Below, piece after piece: positions 22,190 through 33,780 of a DNA stretch of 64,000 nucleotides; positions within the stretch are counted from its first letter, which is position 1; each line of letters opens with the position of its first letter. Location of the stretch: positions 1 through 64,000 of the forward strand of contig ADNK01000266.1 in NCBI GenBank assembly GCA_000320545.1, read 5' to 3'. Both the position numbers and the translations under genes were made by a program. The notes below the pieces were generated by a model that did no database searches, had not been told where the DNA came from, and worked only from the letters and a program-made list of their open reading frames with translations. The stretch comes from Bigelowiella natans CCMP2755 (lineage: Eukaryota > Protista > Cercozoa).

Positions 22190-23700
22190 GAACGACATGT
22201 CAAGAATGTTTTTGTGATCACAAAAGCAAGAACAATGCGTAATGTTCGTAATGTCTATTTGTCAAGAACATTGCCACACGTTGAAAACAACTTCTAGCTT
22301 GAAATATGTCGCAGCAGCATAGCAACGTGACACGCGGCATCATCGTATGCAATGCGCACATGCCCATCACACAACCAACACCGAGTTTCACTGCACTGCT
22401 AGACTCCTAGATTGGACCGCCTCACTGTGTGATTGTGGAGCTTGTCATCTATCTACATGTCACATGCACAGCGCTCACAGCGCAAGGGAAAACATTGTGT
22501 ATGGGTATCGGTCACACAAGAAATCAAGGATGCACGTACGGAAACGACATGGCAACACCGTGGTAGCGTGCGCTGAGAGAAACGCTTTCATGTGATGGGA
22601 CCAAGATCTCGTCTACTCACATTGACAATGCGAGAGAAACACACACACAGTGCGCGCGCGTGCGTGTGCAGAGACACAAACTTTCAAAAGGATTGTGAAC
22701 TGTGCGCAGCGTGCAACAAACGTCATCGAAGATGTGGATCATTTGCTTTCTTGCTCATTGCTCATTGCAGACCATGACCACACTAATCAACACCGCTTGA
22801 GGAATCAGCTCACTACCACAGTGATGCGCGACGACGAAACGAAAATAAAGATTTATAGATTGACTTGCGATGGCGAAGGAAACACGCACTGCTGCGCGAA
22901 ATGTGCGATGTTCAAGACCGAAACAACATGCATCAGCATATAACATAAGCGCTGTAGCTGCTGCTTTGCATAGCTAATGGCTATCGAAAGGATTGAATCG
23001 CTTCATTAGATCCGTCTCATATATCGGCCAAAGACAATGACTAAGAAGGGAACACGTATTTTGCTAATTGCTGTCTCGGCTATACATGTAGTACGACATG
23101 CTAGTAATCGATCGGTAGACGTAATGTCATGTGCATGAATCAACCACGGGGATGATAGTAGAAATACTAGAAACATAAGGATACTTAAATACAACATGAG
23201 ACGCTAGCTGTAACCGCATAGCCAAATGTAGAAATGACTATGCACGTGTGTGCGCGCATTTAATATGAACATGTGTACGACTGTAAACATGTCTCAAGAT
23301 GTGCGATTACATGTGTATGTTCTCTTCTATATAGACATAGCACATGTGTACTATATGTATATTGTCTCTTCTTATATACACATGTACCAAATACACATAT
23401 ACACTAGTTGACATACTCATGGTCACATGTACACATGTGTCCAGTATGTAGCGCACATATATACGATGTACAAATGAAACAATGAACTACATGATATACA
23501 TATGTGCTAGACCATGGCACACACGTATAGCCAAATGCTTTGTACAGGTACATTAGGATAAATATACCATTGGGAAAATCTACATTAGGTCGTAATCCTA
23601 AGTAGTACATCGCGGAATGCTAGAATGCAATAAGCTGCGCACTCGTGCAGCGCTACATTCGACCGGTATTTTCCCGCTTTATTTGCCTCTCTCGCGTTGT
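22190..23700. repeat. Palindrome-rich intergenic block D (includes an ACATGT-rich degenerate satellite)
   Basis: Dense CATG/TGCA/ACATGT/CTAG, AATGCTAGAATGCAA at 23616. Between convergent DPM1 and MYND genes. Confidence 0.7.
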
Positions 23701-23804
23701 TGACAATCCCGCATGTAGTTAATGAGCTGAACGTCTTCTTTTGTAGACAACATTACTTCGAAAAGTTGTGCCACACAGTATCTATTGCCATATCATCAGC
23801 TGAT

Positions 23805-24836
23805 TCATGCAATGATGTCACCATCATCATCAAGATCCATTGATTCTTTGTGTGAAGCACACTTAGTGTGCGAGGCAGAAGGACAAGGATGGATCCCTGT
23901 CCTTGCACAGTGTAGCTCGTTATCAGGCCTCAACAAAGGTCGTGATGAAGCTGCTGCTGGACTCCTTCCCAGATGGTGCGAGGCAGAAGGTAAAGGATTC
24001 TGGATGAAGGCATTCACGTCGTCTTCAGGAAATCTTCCCAACTCCTTTAGCAGTCTCTTTGGTGTATCTAACACTTTTCTGATTCGCTTCGTAAAAGCCA
24101 GTATTTTACCGACTTCGCACAACCGTTGAAGTTCAGTTCTGGAGTTGTGGGCATGGCCGCGTTCACATTCGCTCCGCAGCCTTGATTCGGCCTGCCTAAT
24201 TGTCTCTTTTTCACCCTTGAGAATATTACAAATCACCGCTACCTGGTTCTCTGTTTCAGACACGAAGTTTTTGGGCCACCGCACTGACTTGCTTCGTTTC
24301 CTTGCTGGTCTTCTTCTTTTGTTCGATAAAATTCCTTTTGTCCTCTCTCGCTTGCAGTGTACTTTGAAATCACTTAGAGTGAGCTCAGTACAGCCACATA
24401 CAAGGCGATGTTGTGGCCAGTGGTGTAGCTGACATTGGTCGTTACAATAGCACACACGGATGCACCCCGCGCATTTTAGCACAGTCTTCCCAACGACTCC
24501 AATCTTGTGGCACCATTCGCATCTAGCTAATTTACTTTTCGTTCCCGATGAATTTTCCTTGCTGTAAGTTGATTTACAATTCGGCTCGATCTTTTCCTGG
24601 CCATCATTTTCAGGATCATGGTCATAGTTTTCCGAAGGCTGTTGCCTCATCGAGGAGGTTTGTCTAGATGAGATAGGCAACGAACAGACGGATTGATTCA
24701 TCGTCCACCCGCTCCCCCCACTCTTTCCCGTCACCTGATGCTTGGAGTGCTCGGAGCGACCATGCGTGGAGTGTATGCAGCGATGACGACCCGTCTTCCA
24801 TCTAGAGTCACAGGCAGGTTGCAGTATTTTAATCAT
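23805..24836 (-). CDS. MYND-type zinc finger protein
   Basis: 343-aa ORF with CEWC...KCAGCIRVCYCNDQCQLHHWPQHRLVC (MYND Cys/His pattern). The true start could be a later ATG. Confidence 0.75.
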   Translation of the reverse strand: MIKILQPACDSRWKTGRHRCIHSTHGRSEHSKHQVTGKSGGSGWTMNQSVCSLPISSRQTSSMRQQPSENYDHDPENDGQEKIEPNCKSTYSKENSSGTKSKLARCEWCHKIGVVGKTVLKCAGCIRVCYCNDQCQLHHWPQHRLVCGCTELTLSDFKVHCKRERTKGILSNKRRRPARKRSKSVRWPKNFVSETENQVAVICNILKGEKETIRQAESRLRSECERGHAHNSRTELQRLCEVGKILAFTKRIRKVLDTPKRLLKELGRFPEDDVNAFIQNPLPSASHHLGRSPAAASSRPLLRPDNELHCARTGIHPCPSASHTKCASHKESMDLDDDGDIIA

Positions 24837-25454
24837 TGCGGGGTTGTGGAGGCGACGTCTAATTTGATTTTTGAGGGGGTGACTGATGACGCTTATGAAA
24901 GAACAACGATCCTTCGGCTCCGAAAACTAACAGAAAGATAGTAATCTTAACACAGGGGATTCCACCCATGCGACATCAAATTGTTCTTACAAAATTAAAA
25001 ATTGCTCTCACAACGTGAACTGTCTGTGACGTCACAGGACGCCTTCGGTGCCGCAAATCCTGAAAGGCTTCGTTAATGAACATGAACTAGATGAAAGTTG
25101 AAATAATTACATGTCCTGGATGTCGCACAATAAGAATTGCCCTAGATATATAATATTTTCCCAACGGACAGGACGAAGGATATCATTGGTGGAGAGATCT
25201 TTTTGGCAAAAAGAAATGCATACAATCTAGGCAACGACGGCTGGAATTCGTTGCCGCTTCACATAAACGCTATAGGATCTGAGCAGCTATATTTCATAGA
25301 AAATTGTGGTTATTTGTACATGGCGACTTAGATATGTTGCGCAGAATATGGCAATCGCGATTCAATTTAAATTCAAATTATTAAAATGGAATGTAGAAGA
25401 TATTTGCATGACGACAATTAAGAATTTGTGTCGTAGAGAATGAAAAGGTCATGT

Positions 25455-27946
25455 TTCCCCTAATCTCGGAGGAAATGGGTACCCAAGCGTCGACCCAACG
25501 CCCTCCTGTTCAGACCCAGCGGAGAAAAAATCAAAGCAGCAAAGCAAGCAAAATAAAGGTTTGACGTGGAGAAATCTAATCTCTTCATCCCTTCTTTCAA
25601 CATTTGACAATAGAGAAATAAATTGTTTCCATCCATACAATATTCCTCACATACACCCATAAACTACACTTGCATTGAAAATCAGCATTGAGCCACATTT
25701 TTGTTAACCTAAAAACACTCAGAGCACCAAACAGCGGAGGACACAAAATAAGAAGCAAGAAGAAAAGTGCGACGGGGATAAGGCCGGTTGTCATAAAGCC
25801 CTGGAGCATGATTCATCAGATGAAAGTAGTGAGAATGACGGTGATACAATGGAAGAGAACAAGATATATGACATGGGATCCTTCGACCTCCTTGATCAAA
25901 ATGGGGATGATAGTGGAGGATTTTTAAAGGCGGCAGAAAGCAGGCTCAACCTCCGCGACCTCATCACCACACTCTATCACTCGGAACGTGCATACAAAGA
26001 ACAGTTGACAGTGATTATGCGAGTCTTCAGGGGCCCAATGATTAGCATGCCTAGGGACTGCGGCCTCACTCCCAATGAAATAAAACAAATATTCGGCCCT
26101 CAAATCGACGATATCTATCGCCTTGTGAGTAAGAATGTGCAAAATTACCGCGTATCAAGGGGGAAGAAAGTGCTTTCGTCGTCGTCCTCCTCCTCCTCCT
26201 CCTCGCAGAGCGCGTTTTCATCTTCTGACCCTTACGCAGAAGTTAAACCACTGCTTTGGTCAAAAGAGCTTGTTGACTTACATAAAGACTACGCTGAAGA
26301 ATTTGGGAAGGTTATAGGATTCGTTCGGGACCAGGCACTACCTAACCGAAGATTTTTAAAATATCTCAAGACCTGCGGCTACCCCCTGATGGAACACCTC
26401 CTAAAACCCATCAAACGCTTAGAGACTTATTGCCGACAGCTTGAACGTCTAAAGAACAAGAGTAAAGCAGTGAAACGACAGCTCTCGGCTAGACCAAAAG
26501 AAGGAGGAGGAGGAGCAGTAGCATCACCCCCACACAATGGAGCCATCGGAACTAAGGCGCAGTCGAATAAAGATGTGGTATTATACGGTGATGCTAAGGA
26601 GGCTCTAAAAGCGGTTCTTGAGGGCAACGAAGATGTAAAATTCTACGAGTACAACTGCAAGCTGCTTGATCTGAAAATACAGCTGTTGGGACGGGAGCCC
26701 GCCGAGATGCTTCCCGAGGCGAACCCCGCTCCCACCCAACTCTCGAAACACGTCACGGTGCTGCATGGACTTTGGGAAAAGATGGTAGCTTTCGTGGATG
26801 GAAAACTCTACGAGGTCAAGGACGTCCAGAAATTGCGACAAGAGATCTCTTTCCTGCGTTCACACGATCGAATGGAAAAGGAGCGGCGGATCCTAGAACA
26901 CAAGGTAGACGCTGATACAAACCTGCTTCTAAGTAGATTACGATCGAAGTTCAATCAACTGACCCTGCAGCAGAGGGAACAGAAACAGCAGCGCTGCGTG
27001 AAAGAGGATGAGGCAGCAACAGTATTGGCTGTGGAGAAAGAGGAAGAAGAAAAAGAGGCGAACAACATGAAAAGGATGATCATGGCGGTACTTATCCGAA
27101 AGCTGCGCCGAATAATTAAAGACGATGGCGGAGTTGCAACTAGAGGTGCTGCTGTTGATGAAGTTGCTGTCGCGAGCTGCGACCTTGATATGAAAGAGAG
27201 GACTGCTGCCAACACGAGCAGAGCAACAACGAGTGGTTTTGGTGGCGGCAGCCTTGGTGATGAGTTGGAGCGTGAGTTGATCAAAGCATTTGAGGATATT
27301 CAGGCCAAGAACATTACGATAGAGAAGAATAAACTTAAGATCGACGCTCTTGAGAAGAAGTATAAGCTGATATACGATGCTTATGAGGCCTCCCATAAGA
27401 CACTGGGAGACCTCATGGATCTCAAGGTCACCGTGCAAAAGGTGATGATGATGATCATGTACTCTGCAGCAGTTGCCTCGCGCATCCCTGCCGACGATGT
27501 CAAGGAGCAGCGTAAGCAGGCAACAAGCAGCGGTGATGATGTTACGGTCGAAAGCCTTCTGCAGCTCGTAGAGCAGTACAACACGACTGTTGGGGATGGA
27601 TTGGTTGTAGAGGATAATAAAGAGTTTGTTGGCCAGATCCCAGGACTTCTCGTTAAATTAGATGGTCTTCTTTCCCGCCTTGATGATGTGGATATACCGG
27701 AAGACTCTGTCGTTGACCAAACTATTCTTGATGCAAAGGAAGCGGGAGAAGGTACTTTTGCCTCCTGTTACTTACTTTCTCCAAAGTGTACTCGATGTTG
27801 ATAATAATGGTGATTTTTATTATGATACAGATGAGGATTCCAAGATAGTTGCTGCAGTAAAAGAAGACTCTGGAGGAGGAGGCGAAGGAAAAGGAGGACA
27901 AAATGGGGAAAGAGAAGACGAAGCCCCGCAAAAAGCCATCGACTAG
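25455..27946 (+). CDS. Dbl-homology (RhoGEF) domain protein with C-terminal coiled coil; 5' end uncertain
   Basis: LRDLITTLYHSERAYKEQL...EIKQIFG...LHKDYAEEF...RFLKYL...HLLKPIKRLETY fits a DH fold. Large exon 25849..~27750, an upstream in-frame exon from ~25455, and a last exon ending KAID* at 27946. Confidence 0.78.
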
Positions 27947-28079
27947 AATACTGGAAACGGGGATACAGGTTGACATAAATTGTTCTCTGAATGCAACAGT
28001 CCTGCAAATGCTCTGGTGCCCCCCGTCTCTAGTAGGTCTGTAAAAATGCTCAGCGGTGTAAAAGTAGGTGTCGCGATGC

Positions 28080-28770
28080 ACTCATCTCGTGATGCCATCT
28101 CTAGGTCGTAGGCATACTAGCGTTGGGGCCGACATGACGACACACTGCATGCACTTCTAGACTTGTACATTTCAGCACCTCTAGCTCTAGAGCTAGCTAG
28201 ACCTGCTAGCCTGCGCAATGTCAAGCGCCATCTAGTCACTAGCTAGCACATTTCCACTCTAGCTAGCTAGCACTGTGCGCAATGTTTCTTAAACGTTTCT
28301 TACGAACAGACATTTATTAGCCCTTCATGTTCTGTTCATGCGCTTAAAGCGTGCTGGAAGAAATGACCAACCAAGCTCAGGCTGGGCTGCATGATAGACA
28401 TGCAATACACAATATATATTATATATATAGTGCATTGTTATCTGCTGCCACATCTAGGCCTCATCATGCATGTGCAAAAAAGCTTTGAGAGGACTAGCTA
28501 GCTAGAGGAATTAACAAGAGAACACCCCCTATAACATTTGAGATCTTTAGCAACCGCGCGCAAGCGCTCACATGTCGAAAATAATTGAAGTGCTAGCAAA
28601 ATCACCATTGATCACAAGCAATTCAGAGAGAAAACCAAAAGTGAATGTTGAATGCGTACTGTTATATCGCATCATGCAGCTTGTCATCTACAATGCTTAA
28701 ACCCGTTCATTCCATTGCGAATGGCTAAATCTGGCATATTTGATTCCTCGTGGCCCATGCTAGCATGGTG
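28080..28770. repeat. Palindrome-rich intergenic block E
   Basis: (CTAG)n near 28190, 28258 and 28494. CCATGCTAGCATGG at 28755-28768. Between convergent RhoGEF and tetraspan genes. Confidence 0.75.
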
Positions 28771-28787
28771 TCAATCAATATTCCATC

Positions 28788-29836
28788 TTAGGATGTCTGA
28801 GCCTGAGTGAAACAACTATTGAATCATTCAAATCAAGACGGAAAGAAGAAAGAAGCATAATTTCACCGAGTATTCTCCGTTGAAGTATGAGATGATAACC
28901 ACTACAGGCATTAGGATAAAAGAGATAAACAGCAGTGCAAATCCAGTATGAAGCTCTACATCATCAAAATTATCCTGTAAAGCTTCATGGCACCTCTGCC
29001 ACACAGTCCTGTGATAGGACCGCAGATATCAGGAAACGGAAATTGGAGTTTACGATTAAATATTTCTACTCACCAGCAAAGGAAGTAGAAAATAGTGACA
29101 GCTATTAAGACAAAAATATAAGGTGTGGGAGAAAGGCCTTGTTGACTTCCAGCCTTTGCCCCATTGTGATACAGTGCAATGATGTTGGCTGCAAGTCCAA
29201 ATACTAGAAACCTAAGGGAGACTGCAATTACGCTTCGAGCCAATGCAGGTTCATTTCATAGGGCCCTTACGCGATAATGGCATCACCAGACTGCTCGCAT
29301 CGATCGCAAGCATCACTGTTAGGCAGAGCTGCTGTGCAAGTTGAGCTGATAAAATCAGGATGTTATGTCCAGCTATATTCATTAGCAATAAATTACTCGT
29401 CATAGTTGACGTTCAAGGAAACAAGCCCAGTTTCAGTAGATTCAAGGCCAACCAATCCATAGTTAATCGTATTTCCTCCAATTTCATTACGAGACCACCC
29501 GACTCTTTGTGCTGAAATGTCATACCGTAAATGTATTATCTCTGCTTGGCCCACAGCGAGTCATCAGAAGGCAGGAGGGAGGGGGGGAAGAGGGAGGGAG
29601 AGAGGGAGAGAGAGCGTAACAGGCTGGAGATCGGCAAATACGAAAGGATTGAACAATTAATATCACAAGGGACTCACTACAAAAATAAAAGCGTCCTTTT
29701 CAGATCCCCTGATATAACACACAGCTATAAAATATTCTATATATGACGTACCATCAATAGCTGCCAAGCCGACGAGCGCAAAGATCATCGAGATGATCAG
29801 CAGGATGATATTGAGGACGTTCAGATAGACAGCCAT
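28788..29836 (-). CDS. Small claudin/amastin-like tetraspan membrane protein (about 170-180 aa, multi-exon)
   Basis: Spliced MAVYLNVLNIILLIISMIFALVGLAAID|...GWSRNEIGGNTINYGL...|STCTAALPNSDACDRCEQSGDAIIA|FLVFGLAANIIAL...|VTIFYFLCW|TVWQRCH...HTGFALLFISFILMPVVVII. Four hydrophobic segments and a Cys-containing first loop. Confidence 0.6.
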
Positions 29837-30123
29837 TTTGTTCGGAATCTGCCATTCTCTCAGAATCGGCAAGTCCTTTTGATGCACTCAAAGAGTGGCA
29901 TTTTTATGCCTTTTTGTACCTGCGACATGCAAAGATACCTATTTCCCACGTGGAACAGCCTGTTCCCCTGCCGTACAATTACGCGAACAACCTATGCAAC
30001 ACCGGAATGAGAAAGTTTGTGCTGGAAACAACAAAAAGGAGAAAATCCAAAAAAAGGATCTTTAATTCATCGGCTCGGTTCAGTTGTCCAACCCCACCCG
30101 TCCTCCTCCACAAATACACACAC

Positions 30124-32809
30124 ATGGCAGAAAGTTTTCCCCATAGGAGCAGCCTTGGGGCTCCTCCAACGGCGCTGCGACGTAGGAGCTCTGTCAAGAA
30201 GTGGAAAGGAAGCCTTGAAATCAATGCAAAAAGTGAGACTAGTCCCCGGCACTCAGAATCTGACATCTTGGGCCTCGCAACTATCGACGCGCTGGTTGAA
30301 AAGAAAGAGAAAAGTGACCCAAGCCTTAGGTCTCCTGTAAAACTTGGAGTCAGTAGAGATAGAAACAATATGAAAAACTCCCTTAATCCCAAAATTACTC
30401 ATCGGCACTCCGAGTCTGACATTCTCGGCCTCGGGGTTGAAGTTAGTAATGGCTCCACCAAACCAACAACTCTATCAACTGTGAACGAGATGAATGCGTC
30501 GTCGAAGCCAGATCCGGTGAAAAAACATCCACCCCTTCATGGCAAGAGCAGGTACTAACCTAACATGACGTATAGCCCCTTCGTTGAAGCATTCAACAAC
30601 AGATCTCGGGCATCTATCATCTTTGAACAAATCCTGGAAGAGAAAAAAGTGAAAGTGCAACAAAAGAAGGTTTTTAATTTGCCACTTACAAGGATCATAA
30701 ATAAATATAAATTCATTATATTCGGTAGAAGAAGGAATTTTATCACGGTCGAAGCGTCACTTCTACAGCTGATACAACAGGATCAGCTCTGAAACAGGCC
30801 AGTAACGAGGTCTCAGCAAAATAAAATGAGGATTCACAAGCAAGTTATATAAAGATATTTTTAGGTAGTAGGCCAAAAATCGGGCATCATGCACAAGTCG
30901 AAGATTGATAACCGCCACCAACGGTCGAGGACAGTGGCGGTATTTTATTTAGTATTTAGTATTTACATCTATTTGTTGCTTTTAAAACTTTATTGTATTT
31001 AGGCAGCAAATGCTCACGACAAACCAAAGCTTCCTCCTCTGCCTCCTACACAGGACAAGATTCCCGGGGTAATCATAAACAAAAATCTCGAGGGAGCTTT
31101 ATTTAGTACCAAATAGTTCTAATATGTAATTTCAAAAGGTAACTGACCTTCTTGCTGAGATGAAACAAGGAAGCGCGTTTTTGAAGTATGGAAACAGAGG
31201 TACCTTTGCGCTAAGTATGATGGCATTGGCAGTGTTTGTGGGTTTCATAATGAGATTGCTTTATTTGAATTGTTCAAATCGTTTTCCAAAGGGTTTCCAC
31301 ACTTCCGTCACGTACAACTTTCCCAGAACCACAGAAAAATTCAATGGTTATATAGCTATTCATCTTCTAAAATTTCCATATTCATTTCACAACTAAACAT
31401 TATTCAGGTTTTCCAAGGCCAAGAAGTTAAGCGACTCTGAGATTGATTTTAGTCAGATTATAGAAGTTCGAAAGGGACAGACAACTGCAAAATTCAAGTA
31501 CGCATGTAGACCACATGTAACTTCTTTAAACTGTTTCTTACGATAAGTTGTCGTAATCCTAGGCGCCACCCTGCACCTTCGCTCGAAAGGTATTATGTGC
31601 ACAATGATACGTTAAAAAGAACTGAACTAATACATCCTCTTAACGATAGATCGTCGCTCTCAATAATGTACCTGACGAAGAAAGGCAAAAAGGATGTATG
31701 TTGAATTAACACCATGGAGACTCTAATTGCAATGAAGAAGACATTCTCATGAATGATTTAATATCAGTCTCTAGACATTATCGCAAAGGATCCCCGCTCG
31801 TATCAGATTTGGATCCTAGGTTTTTATCCCAAAATTGTGATTTGATGTATTTCTCTGCAACCTAATTATATATGGTTAACGATGACTGGCAGGACTCTCT
31901 CGTCTGCGTAAGATCTGTGCCGAGTAAGAAGCAGTTGGTGTCATAATGCATGCATTCATGTTTGAGTGTGTGTAAGTATTCATCCACTCGTGACTCGTGA
32001 TATTAATCTGGTTTATAGGAACGGGGTAGACTATCTCGAAACAAATCTCGAGAACCTTCCTACCACGCTTATCGAAAAGGGATTAGTCTCCCCTAGGAAC
32101 AAGAAAACGGATTCGAAAAAGATGCTAGAAAAAGCAGCTGAGAATAGATTGTCAGACGCAGATTTCGATGACCATGTGGAAGATGTTGAGGACAATGGAT
32201 TGAACTCTTTCTCAAGCTATAAAGGGGGAAAAGGACATTTTTCATCGACTGTCCAAATAGGGTATTAAACTTGTAAATTGGAATTTAATCAAGTGTTGAT
32301 TCCTAACGTTCAAGTGTATAATGTAGCTCACGAAAGGATGTGAAAAAAATCGACGCATTACAGACAAAAGTACCTCTTCTCTTAGAACTTAATCGTCAAC
32401 AAGTGATCCCCCCGTTTTCCAGGCTACACAGTATAAAGTAAAGTTAGAGAAAGTGAAAGAGAAGGATCCACCGAAGTATGAAAACATGAAGGCGATACTT
32501 AAAAGGGCTATTCACTCGGTCTGTCATTCATCGATTTGATGTGGTCCAGTACCTGCTCAACACCCCTTGTACGCTAATCGTATAGCTTGAGCTTGCCAGA
32601 GATGCACATGAGTCTGGGGAACAAGACACCGTTGATCATGGTATTGTATGGTATGGGAATACTGTCTTTTTTACCGTCCTTTGTGTTGTACTTTTGGTTC
32701 TATTTTCTTATCCCTTCTCCACATTCACTAAATTGACCACTTAAAATGCTGTAATTTAGAAACTTGGAAAGCTGGAGTGGAGCTTGAGGCATTGCATCAT
32801 GCAATTTGA
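30124..32809 (+). CDS. PH-domain protein (PLC/PRAF-type PH), multi-exon
   Basis: ATG 30124 (MAESFP). Exons encode MKQGSAFLKYGNRG|FPKAKK...IDFSQIIEVRKGQTTAKFK|RHPAPSLE|RSLS..., typical of PH_PLC-like domains. C-terminal exons run to TGA 32807-32809. Confidence 0.68.
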
Positions 32810-32849
32810 AAAATGTCTGTCCACTTGCTTTGGAGTCTTTGAAGCTGCC

Positions 32850-33500
32850 GATGCAAAACGCCACAGTTGTGTGAGTGTGCAAAACAAGTATTGATGTTCA
32901 AGACGTGATGAAACAATGGCAGAGACAGATAGTCGCAGGCTGATGCGGTGCCATGCCAAGTTGTTTTGTCACATTGCATGGCAGCTGACGCGATCTAGCG
33001 ATGCACCTCACGCGTGCATGCCAGCTAGCTAGCACTAGAGCATGCCTGGCAATGTGTCATCCACACGCATCCATCTGGATTTCCAGAATTGCGCTCGTGC
33101 GCAAAACGAATCATGAAACACAGCTAGACAGAGCGAAACCACATCAACCATCTGTCTCTTTGCTGAGTGCTGGAATGCCTGGATGTGAAACTGGAAAAGC
33201 CTGGACTTGTGGAGATGGACGTCACGATGAGACAATTTTTGCCAAACTTCGCAATCTGGCAACGCATCCGTCGCATTAAGAATTCATTTCCATGGTGGTG
33301 TGGTCGTTGAGAGTTGAGAGAGGCAACGGCAGGAATGTGACAGGAATGTCTCCCTGCGACATCCAGACATGCACGCTGAGATGCCTTCTTGATGATCTCT
33401 CACTAATCTCCCACAAATCTCTCACAAATCTCTCAGTCAGTCACCACAGAAATAACAGCACTAAGTCAGCATTTCAGCATTCCCCTGAAAAGGTTGTAAC
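32850..33500. repeat. Palindrome-rich intergenic block F
   Basis: CCAGCTAGCTAGCACTAGAGCATGC near 33020, many CATG/TGCA. Downstream of the PH gene. Confidence 0.6.
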
Positions 33501-33780
33501 AGCAACAGACATGCCGGACTGCAGTGTTGTGCTCCACTAACGGGTGCCATTTTCAGTCATTTCTTCTAGATGCCGACGCAATTCATGGGGGGAGCCATCA
33601 TCAGTGATCAGCAACCAGTGACCATGATCCCACGTGGCACGAAGAGTTGGGTCGAAATGCCAAAGTCCAGCCCCGTTGACGTTGCGGAACCCAGCGACAT
33701 CCAGCAAGAGCTCTTCTGATTCGGCAATGCATCGAGGCGAGTTTGACTTGCAAAATCGAAAGATCCTCTTCATCAGCAAA

